42,278 nucleotides of DNA. Source: Octopus bimaculoides. Its lineage: Eukaryota. A program made the translations under genes and the position numbers. The notes under the pieces were generated by a model, which had not been told where the DNA came from, did not search any database, and worked only from the letters and a program-made list of their open reading frames with translations. The stretch is from contig NC_068984.1 in assembly GCF_001194135.2 (NCBI RefSeq), positions 84,175,780 to 84,218,057 of the forward strand, in the 5' to 3' direction. Of this stretch, positions 23,721-34,420 are shown piece after piece. Each line of letters opens with the position of its first letter. Position 1 is the stretch's first letter.

Positions 23721-24285
23721 AGAAAAATGTAGAACTATATAGAGTCAGCAGATGAGACCCAGAAATACTCAATATAGAAAACATGTAGTGCTCAAATGAT
23801 TTGAATTAAACTCTAATGTAATTACTATCTCCATATCAGATGATAAAACTCCAGCATAGTCACAGTCCATGAAACCAGCGAAAGAAAAAAAAAGAATCAC
23901 AATTTTCTATTTCTCACCCTTAAAAACTTGAGGTTTCTGAGAGTTCTACTTAAAGAAATCTGATTGTAGATACCACCCTTTTGTTAATGCCGTCCTTGAG
24001 AAGACATAGTCATCATAGAAAACTTCTATAAATCTTTGGTCTTGTGCTTATGTCAATAATTATTTGGAAGTGTTAAATGAATTTACAAAAAAATTCATAA
24101 GGCCTGGTGGTTATTGCCCATCTTCAACATAAGTATCTGAGTTCTCACACATATATACACAACCAGCATCTTATCTCCCAAACAATCACCACAATTACGC
24201 TCTGATTAACATACTTCCATGGCTACTTGTACACTTACAGAGCCACTAGTACACCTACACTACAGTTAGCAGAATGTGACAATCA

Positions 24286-24321
<36 letters not shown>

Positions 24322-24489
24322 CTACCACTGCACCAGCACAGTATTACATTTTCACAGTCATCATGATACCTAACTTCACCTCTAAAGGCTTCATACAACT
24401 ATAACTACAAATCACTGTTGCTACTAAACCTGTTTAGCCATCATTACTATATCTGCCATACTTTTATAGCTAGACCACTTGTATAAACA

Positions 24490-24720
24490 GTGGAGACACA
24501 TGGCATAGTGGTTAGGGTGTTGGACTCATAATCAAAAGATTGTGGTTTCAGTTCCTGGACCAGGTGGTGTGTTATGTTCTTGTGCAAAACACTTCATTTC
24601 ACATTGTTTCAGTCCACTCAGCTGGTAAAAGTGAGTAATCCTGCGAAAGGACCAGTATTCCATCCACAGAGGAATACCTACACTAGAGAAACTGCGAAAC
24701 CAGCCCTATGCTCCTTGTGG
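24490..24720 (+). mobile_element. tRNA-derived SINE (family E); second copy at 37410-37640
   Basis: A-box tggcatagtggtt, decayed B-box, core caaaacacttcatttcac...cagtccactcagctg...aaagtgagt shared with the 37410 copy. Confidence 0.75.
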
Positions 24721-24819
24721 AGTGATGTGGACTAACCAGTTGTATAAACACCCTACTTAATGTGATACTTCTATGGGCAATTTAGCCATCACAACTTAGC
24801 TATCACATTTACTACTGCT

Positions 24820-25203
24820 TTGAATGGGCCTCATGGAGGCGAGGTGGCTGAGTTCCTTTCGAGCATTGGGCCTCATGGAGGCAAAGTGGCTGAGTTCCTT
24901 TCGAGTGTTGGCATTATGTTCCTTTCGAGTGTTGGCATTATGTCGTACTTGAGAAAAAGACCCATTAAGCAGAGCAAAATCACAGTCATGGCAGATACTG
25001 CAAAATGGCCCCCATACCAGTGGCATATAAAAGTACCCATTACACTCTTGGAGTGGTTGGTGTTAGGAAGGGCATCCAGCCATAGAAAAGCATGCCAAAT
25101 CAGACTGGATCCTGGCACAGCCTTCAAGCATGCCAGCCCAGTCAAACTGTCCAGCCCATACCAGCATGGACAACGGACGTTAAATGATGATGATGATGAT
25201 GAT
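24820..25203 (+). mobile_element. SINE family B copy with internal 42-bp and 24-bp tandem duplications
   Basis: gagtggttggtgttaggaagggcatccagc...cccataccagcatggacaacggacgttaaatgatgatgat tail. Duplicated gggcctcatggaggc...ttcctttcgag units. Confidence 0.85.
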
Positions 25204-25266
25204 GTAGCTCTGAGTAAAGCTACATGGTCAAATATATGAACAGAAGTATTTTAGAAGTTAACTTAC

Positions 25267-26780
25267 TGTGCATTTGTTTGGTTTCTCTCCTGAATGTACC
25301 CTCATGTGTATCAAAAGTTTGTATCTAGCATTAAAAGGTTTCAATCTGCGTTGGCAACCCTGCCAGAAACATGTAAAGTCTTCAGCTTTCCTCTGATCAA
25401 TGTGCACTTTTTCAATGTGTCGCACAAGTTCATCTTGCTCAGTAAACAATAAATTGCAATCAATCCACTTGCAAATTTGTTTTTTCTCTCCATCTTCAAA
25501 ATGTTCTGCTTTTACAGTCAAGTTTGATGAAAGTTGAAGGCCTGCAGATGTCAATGGAAGCCCAATTTGTTGTTTGAGTTTTTGTTCATGTAGGGCTTGT
25601 GCATAAGATGGAGGTGGACGTGTGGGAATTGTCCCTGTGTCATTGGTACTTACAGAGGTCGGGTTATCAGCAGGGGGCTTACTGTTTGGATTGTTGTTGA
25701 TGTTTGTTGTCATGTTGTTGTTATGGTTGTTGATCTGCTCATTGAAGTTGTTGCTTGAGAAAGGGACTGAGAACTGCTCAGTGTCCAATGTGGCCATGCG
25801 CTGATTGCTATACATCTGTTCTACATAAGCGACTTGGTCTTGAGGAATAACCAGTTGGTTCCTCATGAAAAGATCTTTATTGTCACTTGAAAGAGGCAAC
25901 AGATAATTCTCTAGGCTATTTAAACCAAGATTTGAATCAATTTCCTTTTTTATTCCATAAGATATTCCTTGTGGGGTATAGCTGAAGTTACGACTACCAG
26001 ATGAGCCTGACCCTGAGTTGGGTGTTCCACAGCTCCGAGCTGATAAATGCCCAATGTGCTGAGGGGAAAAACTTGCTGATGAGATCCGTGATCCATTGAG
26101 GCAGGCTACCAGTGAAGTAGGTGATGTTCTGATTAGAGTTGTAAGTTCAACCCCATCTATTGATAAAGGCGAGGTTGTCTTTCCAGAGAGACGAGAGCTC
26201 ATATTGGCAGAGTGTCTTGGACTGTTATTAAATGAGAAAGGTGTTGGAGAATTCTCCACAAAGTAAGGAGACAAGGATTTTGAGCTTTCACATGGTATTT
26301 GTTGATTGTCACTACCTGTTAATAAGTTGGCAGTGAAAGGAAGTTCATTTGCATTCTGAGAACTGGAGTTAGCTGACTGTGACTCTATTTTGTTGTTGTT
26401 ATTATTGCTATTGTTGCCATTGTTGTTGGTGTTGCTGCTTAGGTTATTGTCAACTTGAAATAGAGAGGATTCTAGAAAATTATGTTTATCTACAATATTA
26501 TTGTTGTTTATAATGCTTTGGGTTGTGAGTCCTATTGATCGGTCACCAATGCCATAATATTGGGATGAAGACTGTGAGAGTATATTATCTCTTGGTGTTG
26601 ATCGAATGCTTGAGTTTTCACTTAGAGTTGGTGTGTGATTCTGCAAAACAGGCCCTGATGGCAAACTACTTGAATTTAGGCTTTTGTTGAGAGGTTCTAA
26701 TCGTACAGCATTAAAACTGATGTTTGGATTGCTTTGTCGAACATTCAAACTTATACATTGTGGCCCATAGAAAGCTCCAT
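25267..26780 (-). CDS. GLIS3: GLIS3-like coding exon 2: Asn/Ser-rich N-terminal region, IRTSPTSL/GHL motif, PPSY, zinc fingers 1-2
   Basis: Covers most of the 496-aa ORF. Acceptor atattttccag|AT GGA GCT TTC TAT (phase 1) extends the frame to GAFYGPQCISLNVRQ. Donor AAA TGC ACA|GTAAGT follows KPNKCT. Confidence 0.97.
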
Positions 26781-26914
26781 CTGGAAAATATTAAACAAAA
26801 TGGTAAAATATATGGAAGGCTGACATTTAAGAAAATGCAAGGCAAAATTTCAGTAAATGATGACTAGATAAAGATTTGTTCATGCTTTTATTATTTAAAG
26901 TCTAAGATATTCCT

Positions 26915-27565
26915 TTGCATATTATTGGAACATCACAGAGACAAGTGGAGAAGTTTAAGCATCTTGGAGCTGTATTCATAAGTAATGGAAAGCAGGAGGT
27001 TGAGTTGAATGCTGGATTGCAGGTGAAGGCACAGAAATGCACCAGCCCATGTGTTCAATCCTCAGAGGAGGAGAGGCAGGCAAAAAAGCCAAATGTACAG
27101 TCTTCAGTTTAGTTTATGTGCCTATCCTCCCTTATGGTCATGAATGTTAGATAATGACCAAAAGAGTACAAACGTAAATACAAGCAGCCGAGAATGGGGT
27201 TCCTCCAAAAGGTCTCTGGAAAAGGATTACTTAACATGTTGTGTAGCTTGGATCCCAGAGAGTTTCTCCAGGTTAAGCCTCTACTTCTCTACATTGAGTG
27301 GTCATAGCATTAATACTACAAACATGTGATAAGAATGTTGTAGGAAAGAATCACAAAACAGATTCTTCAAACCTAGCTAACCAGTAGGAGTCCTAGAGAT
27401 AGACCATGAATAAGATGGTTTGATAAGAATATCCGTAGTCTTAGTTCATCACACCTGAAAATCCAGCTGGTTGCTTTTGATAGGACCCTATGGAAGAAGT
27501 GCTTGAGGACTCTACTCTGACAGTCCTCTCAGGAATAGAGGACAAAGAAGATGGATGGATGGATA
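26915..27565 (+). mobile_element. Decayed RTE-like LINE 3' end with (GGAT)n tail
   Basis: QVEKFKHLGAVFISNGKQEVEL..., VYVPILPYGHEC*IMTKRVQT, QVKPLLLYIEWS, then a GRPRxRW-like region and gatggatggatggat. Confidence 0.8.
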
Positions 27566-27724
27566 AGATAACCCTTTTAACCATAGAGCACCCAAATGTT
27601 AATTCCACACTTTCATAGAATTAAAATGACAAAACTGAAAACTTGGAATCCTCTAATGATTCTATACATTTGAGCAATAATATTGCATGCAAGTAGTTAT
27701 GATATCTGAGAGATGTTATGTGTG

Positions 27725-27770
<46 letters not shown>

Positions 27771-28619
27771 CACAGCCCATCATCATTGTATTATGACTGC
27801 TTTCTTTGCTGGCATCATTTGGATGAGTTGTGGCTGCACTCCTAGATGGGTCAGAGGACCACACCTCACTTCATTTCATTTTTAGTCAAATGATTGGTGG
27901 CATTGTAAATGATATACTTGCAGTACATGGTGCTGCAGAAAACTATCCACTCATAGCAAAATGTATTCTGACATAAGGATAGGGTTTAGAAACAATGATA
28001 ATTATTTCATACATTTTCATACCCCACTGAGCCCACCTTTTCTGCTTCTTCACCTTGCATCCTCACCACCTTCTTATCTACTCCTACCATTTCCCATCTC
28101 ATCATTACTCTCCATCTCTCATGTTTCTGTTACCTGTGCTGATCATCACATCAAAAGTATTTCATCTATGTCTATTTTATTTGTAATAATTATATATACA
28201 CATATATATATATACTTGACAATATCATATATGTAAGGTTGTTGTAAAATAGGTAGTCCAGTCCTGAAAATCAGCCCATATTCATATAAAAATATTTATG
28301 TTAAAAGTTCACTTGATGGTAAGAACATTTTATGAAGTTGAGGTTTAAGAGGATGATAAGTACTTGAACTCATGTTATTGCAATCTCAGGCTCACACACA
28401 ATATAACATAGTAGCAAGAAATCAAAGCTCTCCCTAAGTCTGTAAACAACTCCTTATTCAATGGAAGTCTTGCTAGGCTTATATATGCATATAACTACTG
28501 GCAACATAATGATCAACCAACAACAAATTCTCACAAATCACATTAAAATATTTTGTAGTGTGTATGCGTGATATTAAAAAAGTCTATGGTGTGATTGTTA
28601 TTCCTTTTTTTACTTGTTT

Positions 28620-28810
28620 TGATTCACTGGACTGCAGCCATGCAGGCACAGCCTTGAAGAGTTTAGTCAAACAAATCAACTCCAGTACATTTTTTTAAAG
28701 CCTGGAACTTATTCTATCAGTTTCTTTTTTTTAAACTACTAAGTTATGGAAATGTAAACAAACTGACACCAGTTGTCAAGCAGTGGTGTGAGACAAACAC
28801 AAAGATACAC
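28620..28810 (-). mobile_element. SINE related to family A
   Basis: actgcagccatgc...aaatcaactccagtac...cttattctatcagtttct...ctaagttatgg...gttgtcaagcagtggtg. Confidence 0.6.
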
Positions 28811-29389
28811 AAATATCACTAAACACACACATGATGGGTTTTGTTCAGTTTTTGTCCATAAAATTTGGTTGGCCTGAGGCTATAGTAGAAGACACTTGTC
28901 CAAGGTGCCATACAGTGGGACTGAACCTGGAACCATATGGTTGGGAAGTAAACATCTTGCCACACTGCCATACCAGTACCTGATTGATCTCTGTGTTGTC
29001 TATAGTAACATGCACATATCATAAACCCAGCAAGATTCAACTATAATCAATCCAGAATCTTCTGGACAAAATCAAAGGTAGCAGCCTAAACTGGAAATTG
29101 GAGAAAGAGAAGAAAAGGAATGTTGTTAATATTTAGTCCTAGGCCAGCAGTGACCAAGCAGATTAAAGATATTCCAGTTCTGACTATCTTATCTATTTTA
29201 CTTTTTTTTTCAACATTTTATTTCTAAGGACACATTATTCATTGTGTCCTTCGTTTTAAAGGCAGTGTTATGTGATTTATGGGAATTTGACTGATGTTTC
29301 TAGCATGACTAGAGATCACATCAAGGTTTCCTTGTTGGCTCGGAAGTTTCTGATAGATGAAAACAGGAAAAACTTAGAAGGATACTTAC

Positions 29390-29732
29390 TGTTTCTATTA
29401 AGTCGGGAGCAAGAATTTGATTGTAAGGAGCCGGATACAATATAAGAAATGTTTTTAGTTGTTTGCTGTGCAGTACAGGGTATATTTTGCACTGGATCTC
29501 TGGGAGTGTTGATCAATTTACTGCAGTTGGGATTCCTGCGAGATGTTTTCAGTGGTGGCAACTGCACTGATTTATCACTGGGTTGTAGGACTGGTGGTGT
29601 CTGGCTGCAATTTGTTGGCAGTGGGGTCTCCGACTGGATCCGGAGAGCAGGGATGTGCATATTTACTCGAGTATTTGACTCTCCTTTAGAAGAAGGGATT
29701 CCACCTTGGTTATACAGGTTCGGTCCACTCAT
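29390..29732 (-). CDS. GLIS3: GLIS3-like coding exon 1 (MSGPNLYNQ...HIPALRIQSETP...RLNRN), 114 codons + 1 nt
   Basis: Acceptor ttttattttgcag lies 5 nt before the ATG (AAAAAATG). Phase-1 donor A|GTAAGT at 29390/29389 matches the phase-1 acceptor of the next exon. HIPALR resembles the N-terminal HIPAIR of vertebrate GLIS3 (from memory). Confidence 0.85.
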
Positions 29733-30239
29733 TTTTTCTGCAAAATAAAATTAAAACTGAATGAATAAAAGAAACAGTATTATTGTTGGAAACCATCATT
29801 ATAACAAACATTATTCAGTGCATTCATATTTTTGATGTCTTATCCTTAGCTCACAGACATATCATTTCTTCTCTCTGTGTCTTTTACCTCTGTTATAATA
29901 ACCACTGCTCTTCTGAACATGCAAACTGAATACTCCATTTTTCAATTGGTCCATCTGACAGACCAGTCCCTTCTCCACCTGGCCTCATCATCTAGATCCT
30001 GTACTAAATACTTCATTTATCCTTCCATCTGGAACATATAGATGTTCAAAGTGAACATCAATCTACATCACTTTAACTGGTAGTGTATGGTCTGGAAAGG
30101 TCAACTAACTCATAAAGAGGAATAAAAATTTCCTTTGTATAAACTACAAAAATGATAACCATGTATATCTAATGAGTAAGAAAATAAACATTTCATATAA
30201 TTCATCTGGTAGTATAATGTCATTTATGGAATTAATAAA

Positions 30240-30375
30240 ATTAATCCAGTACTTGACTAGTACTTGATTTTAGTGAGTCAAAGCAAAGTTGAGTTCGGCA
30301 AGGTTTGAACTTGGAATGCAAAGGTCTATAACTTGATACTGCTAGTCATTTTATCTGACACTCTAATGGTTCTGG
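30240..30375 (-). mobile_element. SINE family A copy (decayed)
   Basis: ccagtacttgactagtacttgatttt...aaagcaaagttgagttcggcaaggtttgaactt. Confidence 0.65.
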
Positions 30376-30690
30376 TAAACTAGCACAACTGCCAAGGGAT
30401 TTAGGATGGAGGTGGTGAAAAGTCTAATTTACGGACAAAACATGTTCAGAAGCATTATCTCTCTTGTTAGTAGTAAATGACAAATAATCGAACCTGTTTC
30501 TGTCTTCCATATCAAATTAGAAATTTCCATTGTTAATTATGTTGGCAAACATATGACATGTATGTCAGTAGTGATGTTCGATGCATTTTTAGGTGACATG
30601 TAATAGACTTAACAAAAAACAAAAAGAATCTTCTAGCAAAATCACGATATAGATAGCCTATCAATGAGTATTTACCTAAAACTAAAATAC

Positions 30691-30754
<64 letters not shown>

Positions 30755-30789
30755 ATATGTATGTATGTTTGTATATGTGNNNNNNNNNN

Positions 30790-30838
<49 letters not shown>

Positions 30839-30890
30839 CGCACACATATGTATGTATATGTGTGTATATATATATATATGTATATATAGA
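30691..30890. repeat. (TA)n/(TG)n compound microsatellite with small gap
   Basis: Directly visible. Confidence 0.95.
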
Positions 30891-31021
30891 TAAAACTTAC
30901 ATGGGAAAGGATGCATGGCGTTCGATCATATAATAATATAAGTAGTTTATAAACATGTGCATATATCCATTCATATATGTACATACCTACATCTATATGT
31001 ATACATACATGCATATATGGG

Positions 31022-31357
31022 TATAGGACATCACAAAAAAACGTTGAACAATGAGAAACGAAAACATAAGGACGAAAACAGAAAACGAACTTTTTTTCGA
31101 ACAACGAAAAAAACAAACAGAGAAACGAGACATGCAACATAAAGAGTATAATCCTTCGTCAGTTGTCCCAGTTCCATCTGCTCCACGTTTCAAAGGCAAG
31201 GACGATATGCGACTTCGTTGGAACAGTCCTTCCCGCAAAGCAAATTAAATAAAATTTGGAATTTTTTGCAGAGGGTGAAAGTGTTAACAAGAACAGGATA
31301 GTTCTTACTGTCTTGTTCTCGTTGTCCTGTTCTTGTTAACACTTTCACCCTCCGCAA
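31022..31357. mobile_element. CpG-retaining repeat ending in an inverted (foldback) junction next to a gap; possibly Penelope-like
   Basis: 33-bp arms at 31266-31298 and 31325-31357 with 1 mismatch. Purine-rich, CpG-rich body. The family assignment is inference. Confidence 0.45.
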
Positions 31358-31590
31358 NNNNNNNNNNNNNNNNNNNNNNNNNNNNNNNNNNNNNNNNNNN
31401 NNNNNNNNNNNNNNNNNNNNNNNNNNNNNNNNNNNNNNNNNNNNNNNNNNNNNNNNNNNNNNNNNNNNNNNNNNNNNNNNNNNNNNNNNNNNNNNNNNNN
31501 NNNTATATATTTATATGTGTGTGTGTATGTATATAAAAATATATAATATATATATATGTGTGTGTGTGTATATGTATGTATGTATGTATG

Positions 31591-31628
<38 letters not shown>

Positions 31629-33182
31629 ATATGGAAATGTATATGTATATATATATACGCACGTTTTTTGTTGAGAATGCGTGCTCCTTTATTATTTTTT
31701 ATGTTTGTATCCATTCCTTACACATGCACCATTATGTATGTGTGTGCGGGTATGTGCACGTGTGTGTCGTATGTGGTGTATGTGTTGTGTATATATGTAT
31801 GTATCTGAATTAATTAATATCGTCTTTGTTTCTTATCTTTTTTCGTTTTTTCTTTTTTCAGTTGCCTTCCCTACCTATGGCCAATTTTTTGAGTGGAGAA
31901 ATTCTGTTGAACACACCGGCCTACCCTGTCTTTGATCGCCGTCTCTCTCTGAATAAAACTCTTTGACTTTGTCTCTGCTTTCACTCTCAAACATAGTCTT
32001 GTTCATCAGCTTTAAACTTCTGGTAAATTATATATATATTTGTGTGCGTGTGTGTGTGCGTGCGTGCGTGTATGTGTGTGTGTAATGTATGTATATAATT
32101 TAGAGAAAAAACCTCTATTAACAAATTCAATAATGAAAAACGTTATTCAAACCATCTAGAGAAATAAATATACTATAAAAACCTTATTCTAAAAATCAAT
32201 AAATTACATAATCAATAAATAGTATTAAATAGACTACGCCCGTTTCGTGGCTATATTTTAAAATAAATTCGATTCGATCTAAAAATATAGTCATTCTTCA
32301 GGTCTAAAATAATCATAAGAATAATAAAAATAATAATAAAATCAACGTACGTATCTTAACTTATAATAATTATGAAATAAATATAGAATAATACGTGTTT
32401 TAACAATAAATGATTGAAAAGCATTTAACAACATTACTTAAAATAAAACCACAACTTATCTTATAGAAGAATTTCTGTTAAACTAAAATTTCAAACGTAA
32501 TACGTAGAACTTAGCGTTTATAAGAAATATATCACGTGAAAATATGGCGTAAATATAAAAATTATATAGAATTATATAGAATAGATAGAATATGTATCTA
32601 AACTGTTAAAATGACAAAATGTATTTTAGCTGTGAGAATAAGAAAAAATTAACTGTAGTATACCATTTACCGGAAAATTATAAAGTCTAAATAATTTAAA
32701 ACTAAAATACGTAAAATACATAATATACATAAGTTAAGCTAAATTTTTACAATTTAATCTATTTTCATTAATCTATTTATTTATTTAAAAAACTTCTTAG
32801 TTTAATCTTATTCTAAATATGTCATATACCCAATATAATCTCGTACTAATATACACACTTAACTACTACAAATTATATCTACAACAATTAGTAACATAAA
32901 ATAGGGTTTATATATTTACACAAATTAGCTAAACTTATTATATAAGTAATTTAACTTATATCTACATTTGATTTTACGTTTATCTAGGGAATTAATTATT
33001 TTTTTATTATTAGTTAATAACATCTCCTTAAATTCGTTATATATATATTTACTCGTTTTTCAATAATACTATTATGTATACGTATAACCCTCTATGGCTT
33101 TCTTATACTAGTGAAATTGTCACATTGTACTCTAAAAGACACACGTGGCCTTGTTTACACTGTATTTCGTCTAGAACGGTGT

Positions 33183-33706
33183 TTATTATTATTATTATTA
33201 TTATTGTTCAGTAGTTTTATTTTTATAACGTGCTTTCACTTCACTACCGAGCGCAGCTCTGTGCGCCTTGGGTATGTGCTCTGGTTTGCTGTGGTGCTCT
33301 TATGGTTACTGTATTGAAAGTGTTTTGCGTAGGATGTGTGCAGTGCCCAGTAGTGCAATTTTCTGTATGTTATATATATTTGTAAGCCCTGGTGTTTTTA
33401 TGTATTTGTCTGAATATTTTTTTATTATACCTAAGGCACCTACTATGATAGGAATTGTTTCTGTTTTTAGATTCCACATTCGAGTTACCTCTATTTCCAG
33501 GTCTTTGTATTTTGAAAGTTTTTCCATTTCTTTTAGAGAAACGTTGTCATCTGCTGGTATTGATACATCAATTAGAAAGCATTTTTTTTCTTCATGATCT
33601 TTGACAACTACATCTGGTCAAATTTGCCTTAATTTCTCTATCTGTGTGTATTGGCATATCCCAGAGTATGGTTGCTTTCTCGTTTTCTGTGACCTTTTCT
33701 GGCGTG

Positions 33707-33708
<2 letters not shown>
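33183..33708 (-). mobile_element. 5'-truncated R4/Dong-like non-LTR retrotransposon (restriction-like endonuclease end, 3' UTR, (AAT)n tail)
   Basis: TPEKVTENEKATILWDMPIHTDREIKAN/RPDVVVKDHEEKKCFLIDVSIPADDNVSLKEMEKLSKYKDLEIEVTRMWNLKTETIPIIVGALG...QKIALLGTAHILRKTL carries the PD..D..K motif. (TAA)n on both sides (33183-33205, 33709-33770). Confidence 0.9.
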
Positions 33709-33770
<62 letters not shown>

Positions 33771-34077
33771 TTAAACACATCCGTTGGATTCTTATGCTAG
33801 AGTTTCACTGCACATATACACTTGCATACACATTGATATATTTTTATTTTTTATTTTTATTTTTCATCTCTCTCACCATTATTATTGTTGATATCATTAT
33901 TTTTCCCGTTCACAACTTCGTTTGTAAGTTACCAGATTTCCCTTACTGCTCTATCTGTGTTCTCTTAATGTATCTTATTTTATTTTCATTTTATTTTATT
34001 TTTATTTCATTTTACTTCATCTTATTAAACTTTTTTGATGTCCTTCAAAAGATTCTTCACTGATGAGAATGACAATG

Positions 34078-34285
34078 CATCATCATCATCATCATTGTTT
34101 AACGTCCGCTTTCCATGCTGGCATGGGTTGGACAATTTGACTGAGGACTGGTGAAACCAGCTGGCTACACCAGGCTCCAATCTGATTTGGCAGAGTTTCT
34201 ACAGCTGGATGCCCTTCCTAACGCCAACCACTCCGAGAGTTTAGTGGGTGCTTTTACGTGCCACTGGCACGAAGGCCAGTCAGGC
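34078..34285 (-). mobile_element. SINE family B copy (left arm of inverted pair)
   Basis: (CAT)6 tgtttaacgtccgctttccatgctggcatgggttggac... Confidence 0.9.
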
Positions 34286-34420
34286 TGCATAAATTAAATT
34301 TTAAATTTTATTTTTATTTTTCTGCTTCACCATCTCTCCATTTTAATACTTGTTTATGGTATATTCTCATACCTATAACAAATCTCCTCAAACACACACA
34401 CACACATATATATATATTCA

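Larger units (their letters stand above)
3799..29732 (-). other. GLIS3: Gene model: GLIS1/3-family (GLIS3-like) five-C2H2 zinc-finger transcription factor, 9 coding exons, 995 aa
   Basis: Exon lengths 343+1514+162+111+136+133+218+219+152 = 2988 nt form one open frame. Intron phases are 1,0,0,0,1,2,1,1 and all are GT-AG. The finger region (CKWIDC...HIEKVHIDQRKAEDFTCFWQGC...[28 protein letters not shown]...[19 protein letters not shown]...[22 protein letters not shown]...[11 protein letters not shown]) is diagnostic of GLIS1/3 rather than GLI, ZIC or GLIS2. Confidence 0.95.

Noticed and set aside
25622-25804. Plus-strand ORFs overlapping GLIS exons (25622, 29449, 6831, 19278, 3684) and the Dong element (33268)
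   Set aside because: Antisense shadows of real coding sequence, with no independent features.
29316-29389. Read-through tail of ORF 29316..29732 (SKYPSKFF...)
   Set aside because: It lies beyond a consensus GTAAGT donor whose phase matches the next exon, so it is intronic.
33100-33180. CTAG motifs as a possible Helitron 3' end
   Set aside because: No GC-rich subterminal hairpin and no matching 5' TC terminus were found.
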